This document shows, piece by piece, positions 30,602 through 41,039 of a stretch of DNA of 64,000 bases. Source of the stretch: a gamma proteobacterium SCGC AAA168-P09 (GTDB lineage: Bacteria > Pseudomonadota > Gammaproteobacteria > Magnimaribacterales > D2472); NCBI GenBank assembly GCA_000385055.1, contig ARRL01000003.1, positions 59,460 through 123,459 of the forward strand, read 5' to 3'. How positions within the stretch are numbered: position 1 is the stretch's first letter; each line of letters starts with the position of its first letter. The notes beneath the pieces are model-generated. The model had not been told where the DNA came from. It did not search any database and was given only the letters and a program-made list of their open reading frames with translations. The position numbers and the translations under genes are program-made.

Positions 30602-31032
30602 ATTGAAAGGGACATCAATAAAGCATCCTCTGAATTATCCGAATAGTAATTGTCTCTAATTGCATCTTTACTGAACCCAAATTTTTGATAGAAATTAATA
30701 GCTTGTAAGTTACTTGTTCTGACTTCAAGAAATATTTTTTTATAGTTCATTGCTGCACATTGATCCAGCATACTTTGAAGTAGCAACGAACCAACACCTT
30801 TAGACTGAATTTTCTTTGTTACCGATATGCTTAAGATATGAGCTTCAGGGTTGATGGGAGAAAATATTATGAATCCAATGATTTCGCTATCATGCTTACA
30901 AATTAATCCCTTGTGCCCCACCTCAAATGAAGATAAAAAAGTTTCATATTTCCAAGGACTAGGATTGACCTCACACTCTATCTTATAAGCCTCTTTTAAA
31001 TCATCTATACTCATTAGAGAAACTTTATACAT
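30598..31032 (-). CDS. rimI: ribosomal-protein-alanine N-acetyltransferase RimI
   Basis: 144-aa GNAT with the SPW motif near the N-terminus and QSKGVGSLLL in the acetyl-CoA loop. It lies immediately downstream of a holD-like gene, as in the E. coli holD-rimI operon. Confidence 0.75.
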   Translation of the reverse strand: MYKVSLMSIDDLKEAYKIECEVNPSPWKYETFLSSFEVGHKGLICKHDSEIIGFIIFSPINPEAHILSISVTKKIQSKGVGSLLLQSMLDQCAAMNYKKIFLEVRTSNLQAINFYQKFGFSKDAIRDNYYSDNSEDALLMSLSI

Positions 31033-31038
31033 AAAATA

Positions 31039-31467
31039 CTAAAGAATAGTGTCTTGCAGCTTTTTCCATAAAATCTTTTTAGATTCTTTATCAGAAATCA
31101 TTACTTCTAATTCAGGTGATTGAACAAATGAGATTGATGATTTGATGTTGGTTATATTGGAAGAAAAACTAATAATACCCTTTATATCTATGCAAGTTGA
31201 TATGAAATCATTGATATCATCAAGATTGAAATCATTGTGAGATATTTGATTATTAGAAAGATTGACTGCATCTATAATTGCATCAAGCAGCTTTGCTTCA
31301 TCTTTGCTTAAATCATCATATGATCGATCAAGTAATGTTAGAATATTTCCTTTTTGATAACTATAATTTTTTGTGAAGGGTGATTTTTCTTGATTTGAAC
31401 GAAGTTCATATCTAGTAATACCCATTTCTTTGAGAATTAGGTTAGTTTTAATGCTTGGAGTTATCAT
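31039..31467 (-). CDS. holD: DNA polymerase III psi subunit-like protein
   Basis: 142 aa. LKEMGITRYELRS matches E. coli LQQLGITQWSLRR, LLDAIIDAVNLSNNQ matches LVSDVLRALTVSPDQ, and the C-terminal SPEL....KKILWKKL matches SPALTDL...RAALWQQI. The position upstream of rimI also fits. Confidence 0.6.
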   Translation of the reverse strand: MITPSIKTNLILKEMGITRYELRSNQEKSPFTKNYSYQKGNILTLLDRSYDDLSKDEAKLLDAIIDAVNLSNNQISHNDFNLDDINDFISTCIDIKGIISFSSNITNIKSSISFVQSPELEVMISDKESKKILWKKLQDTIL

Positions 31468-31499
31468 AGAAAAGAAATATTAACATTTACAAATTAAAA

Positions 31500-33152
31500 A
31501 TGGATAATCCAGTAAATAAATATAAAGCTTTTGAACCTATTGATCTAAAAGATAGGCAGTGGCCTTCAAAAGTTATAAATCAAGCTCCTACATGGTGCTC
31601 TGTTGATCTTAGAGACGGAAATCAAGCATTAATAGAGCCAATGGGTTCAGAAAGAAAGGATCGAATGTTTTCATTACTTTGTAAGCTGGGTTTTAAGGAG
31701 ATTGAAGTTGGATTTCCTTCTGCCTCGCAAACAGACTTCGACTTTGTGAGGTCTTTAATAGAAAATAAAAAAATTCCATCTGATGTAAATATTCAAGTTT
31801 TGACTCAATCCAGAAACGAGCTAATTGAAAGAACCTTTGAGTCCTTAAAAGGTATTCCAAAGGCCATTGTTCACTTTTATAACTCAACATCTACCCTTCA
31901 AAGAAAAGTTGTCTTTAATCAAGATAAAGATGGCATAAAAGAAATTGCAATTAATGGAGCTTTAAAAATTAAGGAATTAGCACTAGCAAATCCAGATACA
32001 GACTGGAGTTTTGAATATTCCCCTGAGAGTTTTACTGGCACTGAGTTAGATTATGCTGCAGAAGTATGTGATGCAGTTGTTGATATTCTAAAAGAGATTT
32101 CAAATCATAAAATAATAATCAATCTTCCTGCAACTGTAGAAATGTCTACACCAAATATTTATGGAGACCAGATTGAGTGGATGAATAAAAACCTTAAAAA
32201 CCGAGACAATATTGCTCTAAGTCTTCATCCTCACAATGATAGAGGAACCGCAGTAGCTGCTTCTGAGTTTGGGCTTATGGCTGGTGCGGATAGGGTTGAA
32301 GGTACTTTATTTGGTAACGGTGAGAGAACTGGAAATGTTGATATAGTTACTATTGCTTTAAATATGCTAACTCAAGGCATTGATCCTGAATTAGATTTCT
32401 CAAATATTAATTCAGTAATGAGAGAGGTTGAATACTGCAATCAACTTCCTGTTCACCCAAGACATCCATATGCAGGCGATCTTGTCTTCACTGCTTTTTC
32501 AGGTTCGCATCAAGATGCAATCAAAAAAGGCTTTCATGCTATGAAGCAAAGCAATAATCCAGAATGGGCTGTACCATATCTACCAATCGACCCAGCCGAC
32601 TTGGGTAGGAGCTACGAAGCAGTTGTGAGAATAAACTCTCAATCAGGTAAAGGCGGTGTCGCGTTTCTGCTAGAAAAAGATCATGGTGTTTCTCTTCCAA
32701 GAAGACTACAAATTAGCATGAGTCAAAAAATCCAAGAACTTGCTGATGAAACAGGAAAAGAAATAAGCAGTTCTGAAATATGGGGAATATTTGAAGAAAA
32801 CTTTTTAAAACCAAAAAATAATTTTTCATATCAGAGTCATACCTCATCAACCAAAGATGATATTAATGAATTGGAAGTTAAAATGATTATGAATGCAAAA
32901 GAGGTAACCGTTTCAGGCAAAGGGAATGGTCCCATTGATTCTTTTGTAAATGGTCTTTCAAAAGAATTTGGGATTAATATTAAAATTTCTGACTATCACC
33001 AATCTGCAATTTCTTCAGGATCTGATGCGCAAGCAGCAGCCTACATAGAGCTAGAAAAAGATGGTCAAACAAAATGGGGTGTTGGAATCAACCCAAATAC
33101 AACGAGAGCTTCATTTGAAGCAATTATTGTTGGACTAAGTAAAATCTTATAA
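31500..33152 (+). CDS. leuA: 2-isopropylmalate synthase (long LeuA type)
   Basis: 550 aa. It has VDLRDGNQ, the HPHNDRGT metal site and a C-terminal regulatory domain. Length and N-terminus match the about 557-aa Pseudomonas/actinobacterial type. Confidence 0.93.
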   Translation: MDNPVNKYKAFEPIDLKDRQWPSKVINQAPTWCSVDLRDGNQALIEPMGSERKDRMFSLLCKLGFKEIEVGFPSASQTDFDFVRSLIENKKIPSDVNIQVLTQSRNELIERTFESLKGIPKAIVHFYNSTSTLQRKVVFNQDKDGIKEIAINGALKIKELALANPDTDWSFEYSPESFTGTELDYAAEVCDAVVDILKEISNHKIIINLPATVEMSTPNIYGDQIEWMNKNLKNRDNIALSLHPHNDRGTAVAASEFGLMAGADRVEGTLFGNGERTGNVDIVTIALNMLTQGIDPELDFSNINSVMREVEYCNQLPVHPRHPYAGDLVFTAFSGSHQDAIKKGFHAMKQSNNPEWAVPYLPIDPADLGRSYEAVVRINSQSGKGGVAFLLEKDHGVSLPRRLQISMSQKIQELADETGKEISSSEIWGIFEENFLKPKNNFSYQSHTSSTKDDINELEVKMIMNAKEVTVSGKGNGPIDSFVNGLSKEFGINIKISDYHQSAISSGSDAQAAAYIELEKDGQTKWGVGINPNTTRASFEAIIVGLSKIL

Positions 33153-33155
33153 AGA

Positions 33156-33929
33156 CTAATCAAAGTTAGGTTCACGTTTTTCAAAAAAAGCTAAAACAGC
33201 CTCATGATTTTGAGGGCTTCTTGTTAAGCTATTTTGTATTTCAGCCTCGCTGTTGTATGTGTCCCAATATGAAGAAGACAAAGATTCTCGCATTAATTTT
33301 TTTGTATTTCCAAGGGATTGAGGAGACCTTTTAGCAAGTCCTAAAGCCCAATTCATAGAATCTTCTTTAAGCTTATCAGATGATGTAACTTTATTAGCTA
33401 TACCAAAGTGTAAGCACTCCTTTGCATCAATTTTTTTTGCTTCTATTGCATATTCATATGCTTTTCCATAACCAAGATATTTTGGTAAAAGCCATGACAA
33501 ACCGCCATCTGGGACTAAAGCAATATTACTAAAAACAGAGAGAATATATGCGTCTTCAGACATTATTCTTAAATCACATGACATGGCAAATGCTGCTCCA
33601 ATACCCGCCGCAGGACCTTGAATTGAAGCAATAACAGGCTTAGGCATTGAAATAATATTCTCAAACGAGGGCTTGAAACCTCTTAGTAAAGCATCCTTTG
33701 AGCCATCCCAGTCTGAATCTGCTTCGGTTAAATCTGCACCAGATGAAAAAGCTCTTCCTGAACCAGAAATTATTACAACCCTTGTATTATCATCATCTTT
33801 AACAAGTTGAGTAACTTCTTGCAAATCCAATATCAACTGAGTATTGAATGCATTCAACACACCAGGTCTATTGATTTCTATTGTTGCAACTTTATTTTTT
33901 TTGCCTACTTTTATTGTTTTGTATTCCAT
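33156..33929 (-). CDS. enoyl-CoA hydratase/isomerase (crotonase) family protein
   Basis: 257 aa with the oxyanion-hole motifs GSGRAFSSGADL and GPAAGIGAAF. Substrate is not assignable. Confidence 0.85.
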   Translation of the reverse strand: MEYKTIKVGKKNKVATIEINRPGVLNAFNTQLILDLQEVTQLVKDDDNTRVVIISGSGRAFSSGADLTEADSDWDGSKDALLRGFKPSFENIISMPKPVIASIQGPAAGIGAAFAMSCDLRIMSEDAYILSVFSNIALVPDGGLSWLLPKYLGYGKAYEYAIEAKKIDAKECLHFGIANKVTSSDKLKEDSMNWALGLAKRSPQSLGNTKKLMRESLSSSYWDTYNSEAEIQNSLTRSPQNHEAVLAFFEKREPNFD

Positions 33930-33969
33930 AACTTAATACTCCAAAAAAAATTATATACCCTTAGCGGTG

Positions 33970-34918
33970 TTATTTCTTGGTTATAACCACACACTTATCC
34001 TTATAAAATATTTTTCCTCCTGACTGCTCTTTATCAGCCCTAGTCCAGGACACCTCTGACTTAGGCCCAGGATTTGATTCAATAAAAGTCTTTAGAATCT
34101 GCTCTATTACCTTCTTGCTTGGCATGGCTATATTCTGTTTTTTAATAGAGAATCTAATAACATCTACAAGGAATGGTTTTTGAATTTTTTTAAGTGCATT
34201 TACTGGAATCTTATCGCTAATTAAATGGTCGTATTTTTCTTCAAAAAGCATTTCATAGGAATTATTTCTAATCTTAATAAAATTTGATGTGTTTGAAATC
34301 CTTGATGATACGTTAGCCCACTTTTTTTTCAATTGAAGGAATGATAGTATTTCTAACATAGTTTCTATCATGATCTTGTGAAGAGTTTGATTCATCCTGA
34401 ACGAAACTTATTTTTTTTTCTTTGAGAAAAAATAAAATACTCTCTTTGGAGACATTAATTAAAGGTCTTATTAAATAACCCTCTCCAACTTTTCTTTTTA
34501 CTCTAAGGCTTTCTAACCCATCTAGGCCTGTGCCTCTAAATAGCCTTAATAAAAAAGTTTCAGCAACATCATTAGAATGGTGACCAAGCAAAATCTGCTC
34601 ACCTTTTTTCAAGTACTTTGTAAAAATTTTATATCTAGCTTTTCTAGCAGCTGATTCAAGACCGTCGCCATCAGTCTTCACCTTTACAGACTCTAAATGG
34701 CATTTAATACCTAATTTTTCTGAAGTTTTTCTGCAATGCTCTTCCCATTCCAAAGAGTTATCTGAAATATTATGATTAATATGAATTGCCTCAATATTAG
34801 CAATATTATTTAAATAAAGTAGATGCAATAAAGCAGTAGAATCAGGGCCACCGCTATAGCCAACATAGATTTTTTTACTTAAATCTAAGTGATAAGTTAA
34901 ATCATCAAAATTAATCAA
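33970..34918 (-). pseudogene. tilS: tRNA(Ile)-lysidine synthetase TilS, reading frame interrupted at an A8 tract (ORFs 34918..34313 and 34395..33970)
   Basis: The N-terminal ORF carries the PP-loop YVGYSGGPDSTALLHL. The second ORF continues in the +1 frame. The frames cross at T8 on the plus strand (34322-34329). The position after accA is as in Pseudomonas. The pseudogene label is formal; see findings. Confidence 0.8.
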
Positions 34919-34921
34919 AAC

Positions 34922-35923
34922 TTAAATGCCAATTTCTATTAATCTTTTATATCTTCTGTCTAATAACTCTTGTATAGATATTGTACTAAGAGTAGATAAA
35001 TTTTTTATTAATGAATCTTTGATGCTTGACGAAATCTCCTCATAATCACGATGTGCACCGCCAAGAGGCTCTGTAATAATTTCATCAATAATTTTTAATT
35101 TTTTAAGCTCGTTGGATGAAACTTTCATGGCCTGTGCTGCATCTGGCGCTTTGTCTGCGGTTCTCCAAATAATAGATGCGCATGCTTCTGGGGACGCAAC
35201 AGAGTATGTTGCATACTGAAGCATTGATATATGATCTCCTACACTTATTGCTAATGCTCCACCAGACCCCCCTTCACCGGTGACAACAATAATAATTGGT
35301 GTTCTTAATTCTGACATTACAGCTAGATTTCTAGCTATTGCTTCACTTTGACCCCTTTCCTCACCCTCAACTCCAGGGTATGCTCCAGCAGTATCAATAA
35401 AAGTAATTACGGGTAATGAGAATTGTTCTGCGAATTGCATTAACCTCTTAGCTTTTCTGTAACCCTCTGGTTGAGGCATTCCAAAATTACGTCTTACCTT
35501 TTCCTCAGTATCTCTTCCTTTTTCATGCCCAATAATCATGACAGGGGTAGTTTCAAGATAAGCAATACCCCCTACAATTGCAGCATCATCTGCAAATTGC
35601 CTATCACCATGCATTTCATCAAATTCATCAAATATATTATTTATAAAATCGAGTGTGTGTGGTCTCTGGGGGTGTCTAGCTACCTGAACAGTTTGCCATG
35701 TTGAAAGTTTTGAATATATCTTTTTAGTTTCAGCATCTCTTTGTTTTCTTAGAGCGAGAATTTGATCACTTACTTCGGGTGACTCAATAGCTGAATTTTT
35801 TAAAGCATTAATCTTTTCAGATATGTCCTGAATAGTGTTTTCAAAATCTAAAAATTTATGATCTTCAGAGATATCTGGTAAATGATTGTAGTTTTTTTCT
35901 GATGTTATTTTTTTATCTATCAT
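34922..35923 (-). CDS. accA: acetyl-CoA carboxylase carboxyltransferase alpha subunit
   Basis: 333 aa. FLDFENTIQDI..ARHPQRPHTLDFI aligns with E. coli AccA. It has about 20 extra N-terminal residues and no internal Met before the conserved start region. Confidence 0.94.
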   Translation of the reverse strand: MIDKKITSEKNYNHLPDISEDHKFLDFENTIQDISEKINALKNSAIESPEVSDQILALRKQRDAETKKIYSKLSTWQTVQVARHPQRPHTLDFINNIFDEFDEMHGDRQFADDAAIVGGIAYLETTPVMIIGHEKGRDTEEKVRRNFGMPQPEGYRKAKRLMQFAEQFSLPVITFIDTAGAYPGVEGEERGQSEAIARNLAVMSELRTPIIIVVTGEGGSGGALAISVGDHISMLQYATYSVASPEACASIIWRTADKAPDAAQAMKVSSNELKKLKIIDEIITEPLGGAHRDYEEISSSIKDSLIKNLSTLSTISIQELLDRRYKRLIEIGI

Positions 35924-35933
35924 TATTCTTTAA

Positions 35934-38900
35934 TCATGCTATTTCTAATGCATTTTTTCCAAAAATGTCATCCAAGAAATTTAGGTTATCTATCGTGGGC
36001 TCAAATTTAAACCTTTCACCTATGTCTATTATAGCCTCTGAACCATTTGTTATAACTTTTACATGCAAATTACAGCCTGACTTTGTCCAAAAATCTCTCT
36101 TAACTGTATCAAGTTTATTAGAAAATTCATCAAGCGAAACCAATTCTGATTCTTTAAGATTAATAACAACATTATTAACTTTTTTTGAAAGCTCTGAATC
36201 TAGTGAATGCACTTCTTTTACTCTCATTCTAAACATTGCATCTCCTAGTTCTTTAGATCTATAGTCATCTATATCAACCAAACCTTTTACTACAAGTATT
36301 TGTCCATCTTTCAAAATATTGTGACAACTTTCAAGGACTTCGCTTGGAACTACCCCATCCATAACGCCGGTACCATCATCAAAATTTATGAAAGTTAGAG
36401 GTTTTCCTTTTTTATCTTTAATTTGCCTGACGCTGTTAATTAAGCATACTAGAGATGCTTTTTTAGTATCGTGATTTAAGTTAGAAATTTTCTTTGATCT
36501 AAGCTTATTAATCTTTTTTTCAATTGCATTAACAGGATGGCCGGACAAATAATAACCTAGAGATTTTTTTTCAAGTGATAGCAATTCACTTAATCCCATA
36601 TCAGAAATATTTTTATACTTTTCATATGGATCAAAACTTTCATTAAGCGATGAAAATAGGTCACCTGATGCAGCGGTTTGTTTAGAAGAGTTACTTGAAC
36701 CATCTTTTAACATATCTTCAATACATGAAATAGCAATACTTCTTGTTGGCGCAATGCCGTCAAATGCTCCAGATTGTGAAAGAGCTTCTAATGACTTTTT
36801 TCCACCGAGTTTGATATCAACTTTTTTTGAAAAATCCCATAAATCATTGAATTTATTTGTTTTTCTAATTTGACATACATGCTCTATAAACGCATCTGCA
36901 ACACCTTTTATAGCTCCAAGTCCATATTCAATACAGGAATTTTCGTTAACCACAAACATTTTTGTACTAGTCATGATATTTGGTTTTAGAACCTTAATTC
37001 CCATTCGCTTGCACTCTTGGATTAAGGCATAAATCTTATCGGTATTTCTCAACTCTGTTGAAAGCACTGCTGCCATAAAGTGCTCAGGATAATAAGTTTT
37101 TAAAAATGCTGTTTGATAAGAAATTACTGCATATGCAGCTGAATGGGATTTGTTAAACCCATATTCAGCAAACTGTTCTATAAGCTCAAATATCTTATTT
37201 GCTTTTTTCTCTGAGATTGCATTTTTTTCACAACCCTTAACAAATATCTCTCTTTGCTCTTCCATCTCTTCAATTTTTTTCTTTCCCATCACTCGTCTGA
37301 GAATATCAGCTTCACCCATTGAATAACCCGCAAGAACTCTGGCAGACTCCATGACTTGTTCTTGATAAACAATTACCCCGTAAGTCTCAGATAAAACTGG
37401 CGCAAGCAACTCATGAGGATATGTTACAGGGCTTTTGCCATGCTTCCTGTCTACAAAAGTTGTATGCATTCCTGAATTTAAAGGGCCTGGTCTATATAAA
37501 GCTAATAGAGCAGTAATTTCCTCAAATTTTGTGGGCTTTAATTTTTTAATTAAGTCCCTCATTCCTGTTGATTCTAATTGAAAAACTGCCATAGTTTTAC
37601 CTGAAGAAAGCAGATCAAATACCTTTTGATCATTCATAGATATATTGTCTAAATCTATTTTATTCTGATCTTTTAATGATGCGTTTATAGATTTTACTGC
37701 CCTATCAATTACAGTAAGTGTTCTTAAACCAAGAAAATCAAATTTAACTAAACCTATTTTTTCTACATCATCTTTATCATATTGGGTCATGACTGAAGAA
37801 GATTGTCTATCATTATAAATAGGACAAAAATCTGAAAGGCTTCCTGGAGCTATAACAACCCCACCGGCATGTTTTCCAACATTTCTAGTAATACCTTCAA
37901 GCTTGTATGCTAAATCAACAACCTCTCTAACTTCAGGATCATTTTTAGCAGCCTGAGCAAATACTGGTTGCTCATCTTTTGCTCTATCCAGCGTCATTCC
38001 TGGCGCAAATGGAATCATCTTCGAAATTCTATCTCCAAGAGCGTAAGGTTTTCCCATTGCTCTTGCAACATCTCTGACAACCGCTCTTGCAGCCATTGTG
38101 CCAAAAGTTGCTATCTGAGAAACAGCATCAGCCCCATACTTTTTACTAACATAATCTATTACGCTGTCTCTTTTTTCCATACAGAAATCAATATCGAAAT
38201 CTGGCATTGATATTCTCTCCGGATTTAAAAAGCGCTCAAACAAAAGACCGTGATCAATAGGATTAAGAGTTGTTATTCCAAGTGAATATGCAACTAGTGA
38301 ACCTGCTCCTGAACCCCTTCCAGGCCCAACAGGAACATCGTTATCTTTTGACCATTGAATAAAATCATAAACAATCAAAAAGTAACTTGAAAAGCCCATT
38401 TTCTTAATCTGATTTAATTCGTATTCAAGTCTTTGCTCATATATCTTCTGTTTTGTTTCTTCAAAATCAGTGATTAGCTTTGAAAGTCTTTTTTTAGCAA
38501 GATCTTCCAAAAAGGAATCAAAGTTATGTTCTTCTGGGACTGGGTATTCTGGAAGAAAGTAACCCTTAGTGTGGAGAGAAACATTACATTTTTTTGCTAC
38601 TTCATTTGTATTAACAATAAGCTCTTCAAAACCCTTAAATAATTTTTGCATCTCATCAGAGGTTTTAAAATACTGCTCATCTGAGAATGGCTTTTCTCTG
38701 TTTGGATCATTGAGAGTCTTGCCCGTATTGATACAAACTTTTGTTTCATGTATTTCATAATCATCCTTTGAAGAAAACAAAACATCATTTGTAGCTATCA
38801 AAGGAATACCTTTTTTATTTGATAAAGGAAGAATATTTGAAAAAAATTCAATTTCATCAGATCTATTTGTTTTTTGTACTTCAATAAAAAAGTCATTCTT

Positions 38901-39377
38901 GAAAACTGTTAAAAAATCATCAATTTTTTTTTCGATCTCATTAATTTTATTTTGTTTTGACAGTTCAAAAATATGACTATCTTTTCCTCCAGAAACAACG
39001 ATTATATTGTCCTTAAAGTTCTTTAAATCTTTGAAATTAATTATTGGAGTTTGATAAGTATAATTATTATGAGCAGAAGAAATTGCTTGCATTAAATTTC
39101 TGTGCCCATCATTGTTTTTTGCCAAGCATAATAGTTCATGAGAAGAATCATCTCCATCAAATATAACCCTTATTGATGTACCTGATATTGGTTTAATTCC
39201 AGACGCTTCACACTTATTAAAAAACTTTACCATTGCAAACATATTTGATTTATCTGTTAAAGCTACAGATGGAATAGTATGTTTTTTAGCACTTTCTATA
39301 ATTTGATCGATGGTTAGAAGGCCTTGAGATATACTATATTCTGAAGAAACTCTTAGATGTGAAAAAATATTTTTCAT
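35934..39377 (-). CDS. dnaE: DNA polymerase III alpha subunit
   Basis: 1147 aa. It has a PHP domain N-terminus (FSHLRVSSEYS), the palm motif PDFDIDF and OB-fold C-terminal regions. Confidence 0.98.
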   Translation of the reverse strand: MKNIFSHLRVSSEYSISQGLLTIDQIIESAKKHTIPSVALTDKSNMFAMVKFFNKCEASGIKPISGTSIRVIFDGDDSSHELLCLAKNNDGHRNLMQAISSAHNNYTYQTPIINFKDLKNFKDNIIVVSGGKDSHIFELSKQNKINEIEKKIDDFLTVFKNDFFIEVQKTNRSDEIEFFSNILPLSNKKGIPLIATNDVLFSSKDDYEIHETKVCINTGKTLNDPNREKPFSDEQYFKTSDEMQKLFKGFEELIVNTNEVAKKCNVSLHTKGYFLPEYPVPEEHNFDSFLEDLAKKRLSKLITDFEETKQKIYEQRLEYELNQIKKMGFSSYFLIVYDFIQWSKDNDVPVGPGRGSGAGSLVAYSLGITTLNPIDHGLLFERFLNPERISMPDFDIDFCMEKRDSVIDYVSKKYGADAVSQIATFGTMAARAVVRDVARAMGKPYALGDRISKMIPFAPGMTLDRAKDEQPVFAQAAKNDPEVREVVDLAYKLEGITRNVGKHAGGVVIAPGSLSDFCPIYNDRQSSSVMTQYDKDDVEKIGLVKFDFLGLRTLTVIDRAVKSINASLKDQNKIDLDNISMNDQKVFDLLSSGKTMAVFQLESTGMRDLIKKLKPTKFEEITALLALYRPGPLNSGMHTTFVDRKHGKSPVTYPHELLAPVLSETYGVIVYQEQVMESARVLAGYSMGEADILRRVMGKKKIEEMEEQREIFVKGCEKNAISEKKANKIFELIEQFAEYGFNKSHSAAYAVISYQTAFLKTYYPEHFMAAVLSTELRNTDKIYALIQECKRMGIKVLKPNIMTSTKMFVVNENSCIEYGLGAIKGVADAFIEHVCQIRKTNKFNDLWDFSKKVDIKLGGKKSLEALSQSGAFDGIAPTRSIAISCIEDMLKDGSSNSSKQTAASGDLFSSLNESFDPYEKYKNISDMGLSELLSLEKKSLGYYLSGHPVNAIEKKINKLRSKKISNLNHDTKKASLVCLINSVRQIKDKKGKPLTFINFDDGTGVMDGVVPSEVLESCHNILKDGQILVVKGLVDIDDYRSKELGDAMFRMRVKEVHSLDSELSKKVNNVVINLKESELVSLDEFSNKLDTVKRDFWTKSGCNLHVKVITNGSEAIIDIGERFKFEPTIDNLNFLDDIFGKNALEIA

Positions 39378-39381
39378 ACTT

Positions 39382-39927
39382 CTAATTAAGAACTCCTTTA
39401 AAAGTTAACCTATGAATAGGAGTTGGTCCATAATTTAAAATTGCTTCTTTATGTACTTTTGTTCCATAGCCTTTGTGTTGTGAAAATCCATATTCTGGGT
39501 ATTTTTTATCGATCTCTATCATCAAATTATCTCTATACACTTTTGCAATTATTGAAGCGGCGCTAATCTCTTCAACTAAAGAATCTCCACCAATAATAGT
39601 TTGGGTATCTATATCTAAATCAGGTTTATGAATACCATCAATTAGAACTTTTTCTGGTTTAGTAGAAAGGTTAAGTATAGCTCTTTTCATTGCCAATAAA
39701 GAAGCTTGAAGAATATTAATTTCATCTATTTCTTGTTCTGATGCTATTCCAAAAGAAAAGTAAGAATTTTGCATTATTAATTCTGATAATTTATTTCTTT
39801 TTAATGGGGTTAATTTTTTTGAGTCCTTTAAACCAGGAATATTATTCCTAAGAATAACTGCTGATGCAATAACAGGGCCTGCCAAACAACCTCTACCAAC
39901 TTCATCTACTCCGGCAATAATTTTCAA
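39382..39927 (-). CDS. rnhB: ribonuclease HII
   Basis: 181 aa. It has GVDEVGRGCLAGPV and DSKKL motifs. Confidence 0.95.
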   Translation of the reverse strand: MKIIAGVDEVGRGCLAGPVIASAVILRNNIPGLKDSKKLTPLKRNKLSELIMQNSYFSFGIASEQEIDEINILQASLLAMKRAILNLSTKPEKVLIDGIHKPDLDIDTQTIIGGDSLVEEISAASIIAKVYRDNLMIEIDKKYPEYGFSQHKGYGTKVHKEAILNYGPTPIHRLTFKGVLN

Positions 39928-41039
39928 AGCGAAAGAATTTTTTGTGCTGACTCTTCTGGACTCAGTCCAATTAATAAATTTCTAAGTGTGATTGAAATGT
40001 TTTCGCCCTCATTATTATTTTTTATTGATTCTGCTGCTTCTAGTATAGATTTTGCATTGCATGATCGCTGAATGAGTTCAGGAAAATTTCTTTTACCTAA
40101 TAAAAGATTTGGGAGTCCAACATCATCGATCTTAAGCATTCTTGAAATAATAAAATAGTTTATTGGGTTGGTCTTGTAACAAATAATAGGACTTGTTCCT
40201 AGTACAGCTGACTCTAGGGTGGCTGTACCAGAAGTGACCACTGAAAAATCAGAAATTGATAAAAAATCTTTGGTGCAATTTATGCCAACTAATACTGGAA
40301 GATCTGAGGGTATATCCTTTTTTATCATTTCTAAAGATTGATTGTCAGATGCAGGAATTAGGTATTCATAATGACTATACTTGCTTGAATGCAATTTTAT
40401 AAATTCGATATAGGTTGGTAATAAATTTTTAATTTCTGATTTACGGCTTCCTGGAAGAATAGATACAAATTTTTTTGATGGATCTAAATTAAAATTCTTG
40501 ATCACGATTTCTTTATTTTCAGGAAATAGTTTGCAGAAAGGATGTCCTATATGAATACTTGGTAAGTTTTTTTTCTTATAAAAATTATCTTCAAAATTAA
40601 ACAAACAAGCTGTCAAGTCTATGTATTTTTTTATTTCTTCTATTCTATTTTCTCTCCAAACCCAAACTGAAGGACTTACAACTTGAATATTTTTACAAGT
40701 ATTTTTAAGTTTAAGCGCTTTATGAATACTTATATTAAAGTCAGGAGAATCAACACCTATAAAATAATCAATCTCTTTTTCAATAAATAATTTAATTAGT
40801 AGTTTTCTAAACTTAATTAACTCTCTCAGATTTAAAAGTGGTTCTATAAGACCCATAACATGTAGTTTCTTAAAATCAAATAGAGGTTTTAAGCCTTGTT
40901 TAATTAATTTTGGTCCACCCACCCCATAAAGTTCAATGTTGTGAGTCTTTGCTAGGCTTTTTATAATTTTTGTTCCAAGCCTGTCACCTGAATACTCTCC
41001 GGCAACAATTCCAACTTTTAAGATTGGTTTTGAATTCAC
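39924..41039 (-). CDS. lpxB: lipid-A-disaccharide synthase
   Basis: 371 aa. The N-terminus VGIVAGEYSGD and the lpxA-lpxB-rnhB order both fit. Confidence 0.93.
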   Translation of the reverse strand: MNSKPILKVGIVAGEYSGDRLGTKIIKSLAKTHNIELYGVGGPKLIKQGLKPLFDFKKLHVMGLIEPLLNLRELIKFRKLLIKLFIEKEIDYFIGVDSPDFNISIHKALKLKNTCKNIQVVSPSVWVWRENRIEEIKKYIDLTACLFNFEDNFYKKKNLPSIHIGHPFCKLFPENKEIVIKNFNLDPSKKFVSILPGSRKSEIKNLLPTYIEFIKLHSSKYSHYEYLIPASDNQSLEMIKKDIPSDLPVLVGINCTKDFLSISDFSVVTSGTATLESAVLGTSPIICYKTNPINYFIISRMLKIDDVGLPNLLLGKRNFPELIQRSCNAKSILEAAESIKNNNEGENISITLRNLLIGLSPEESAQKILSL

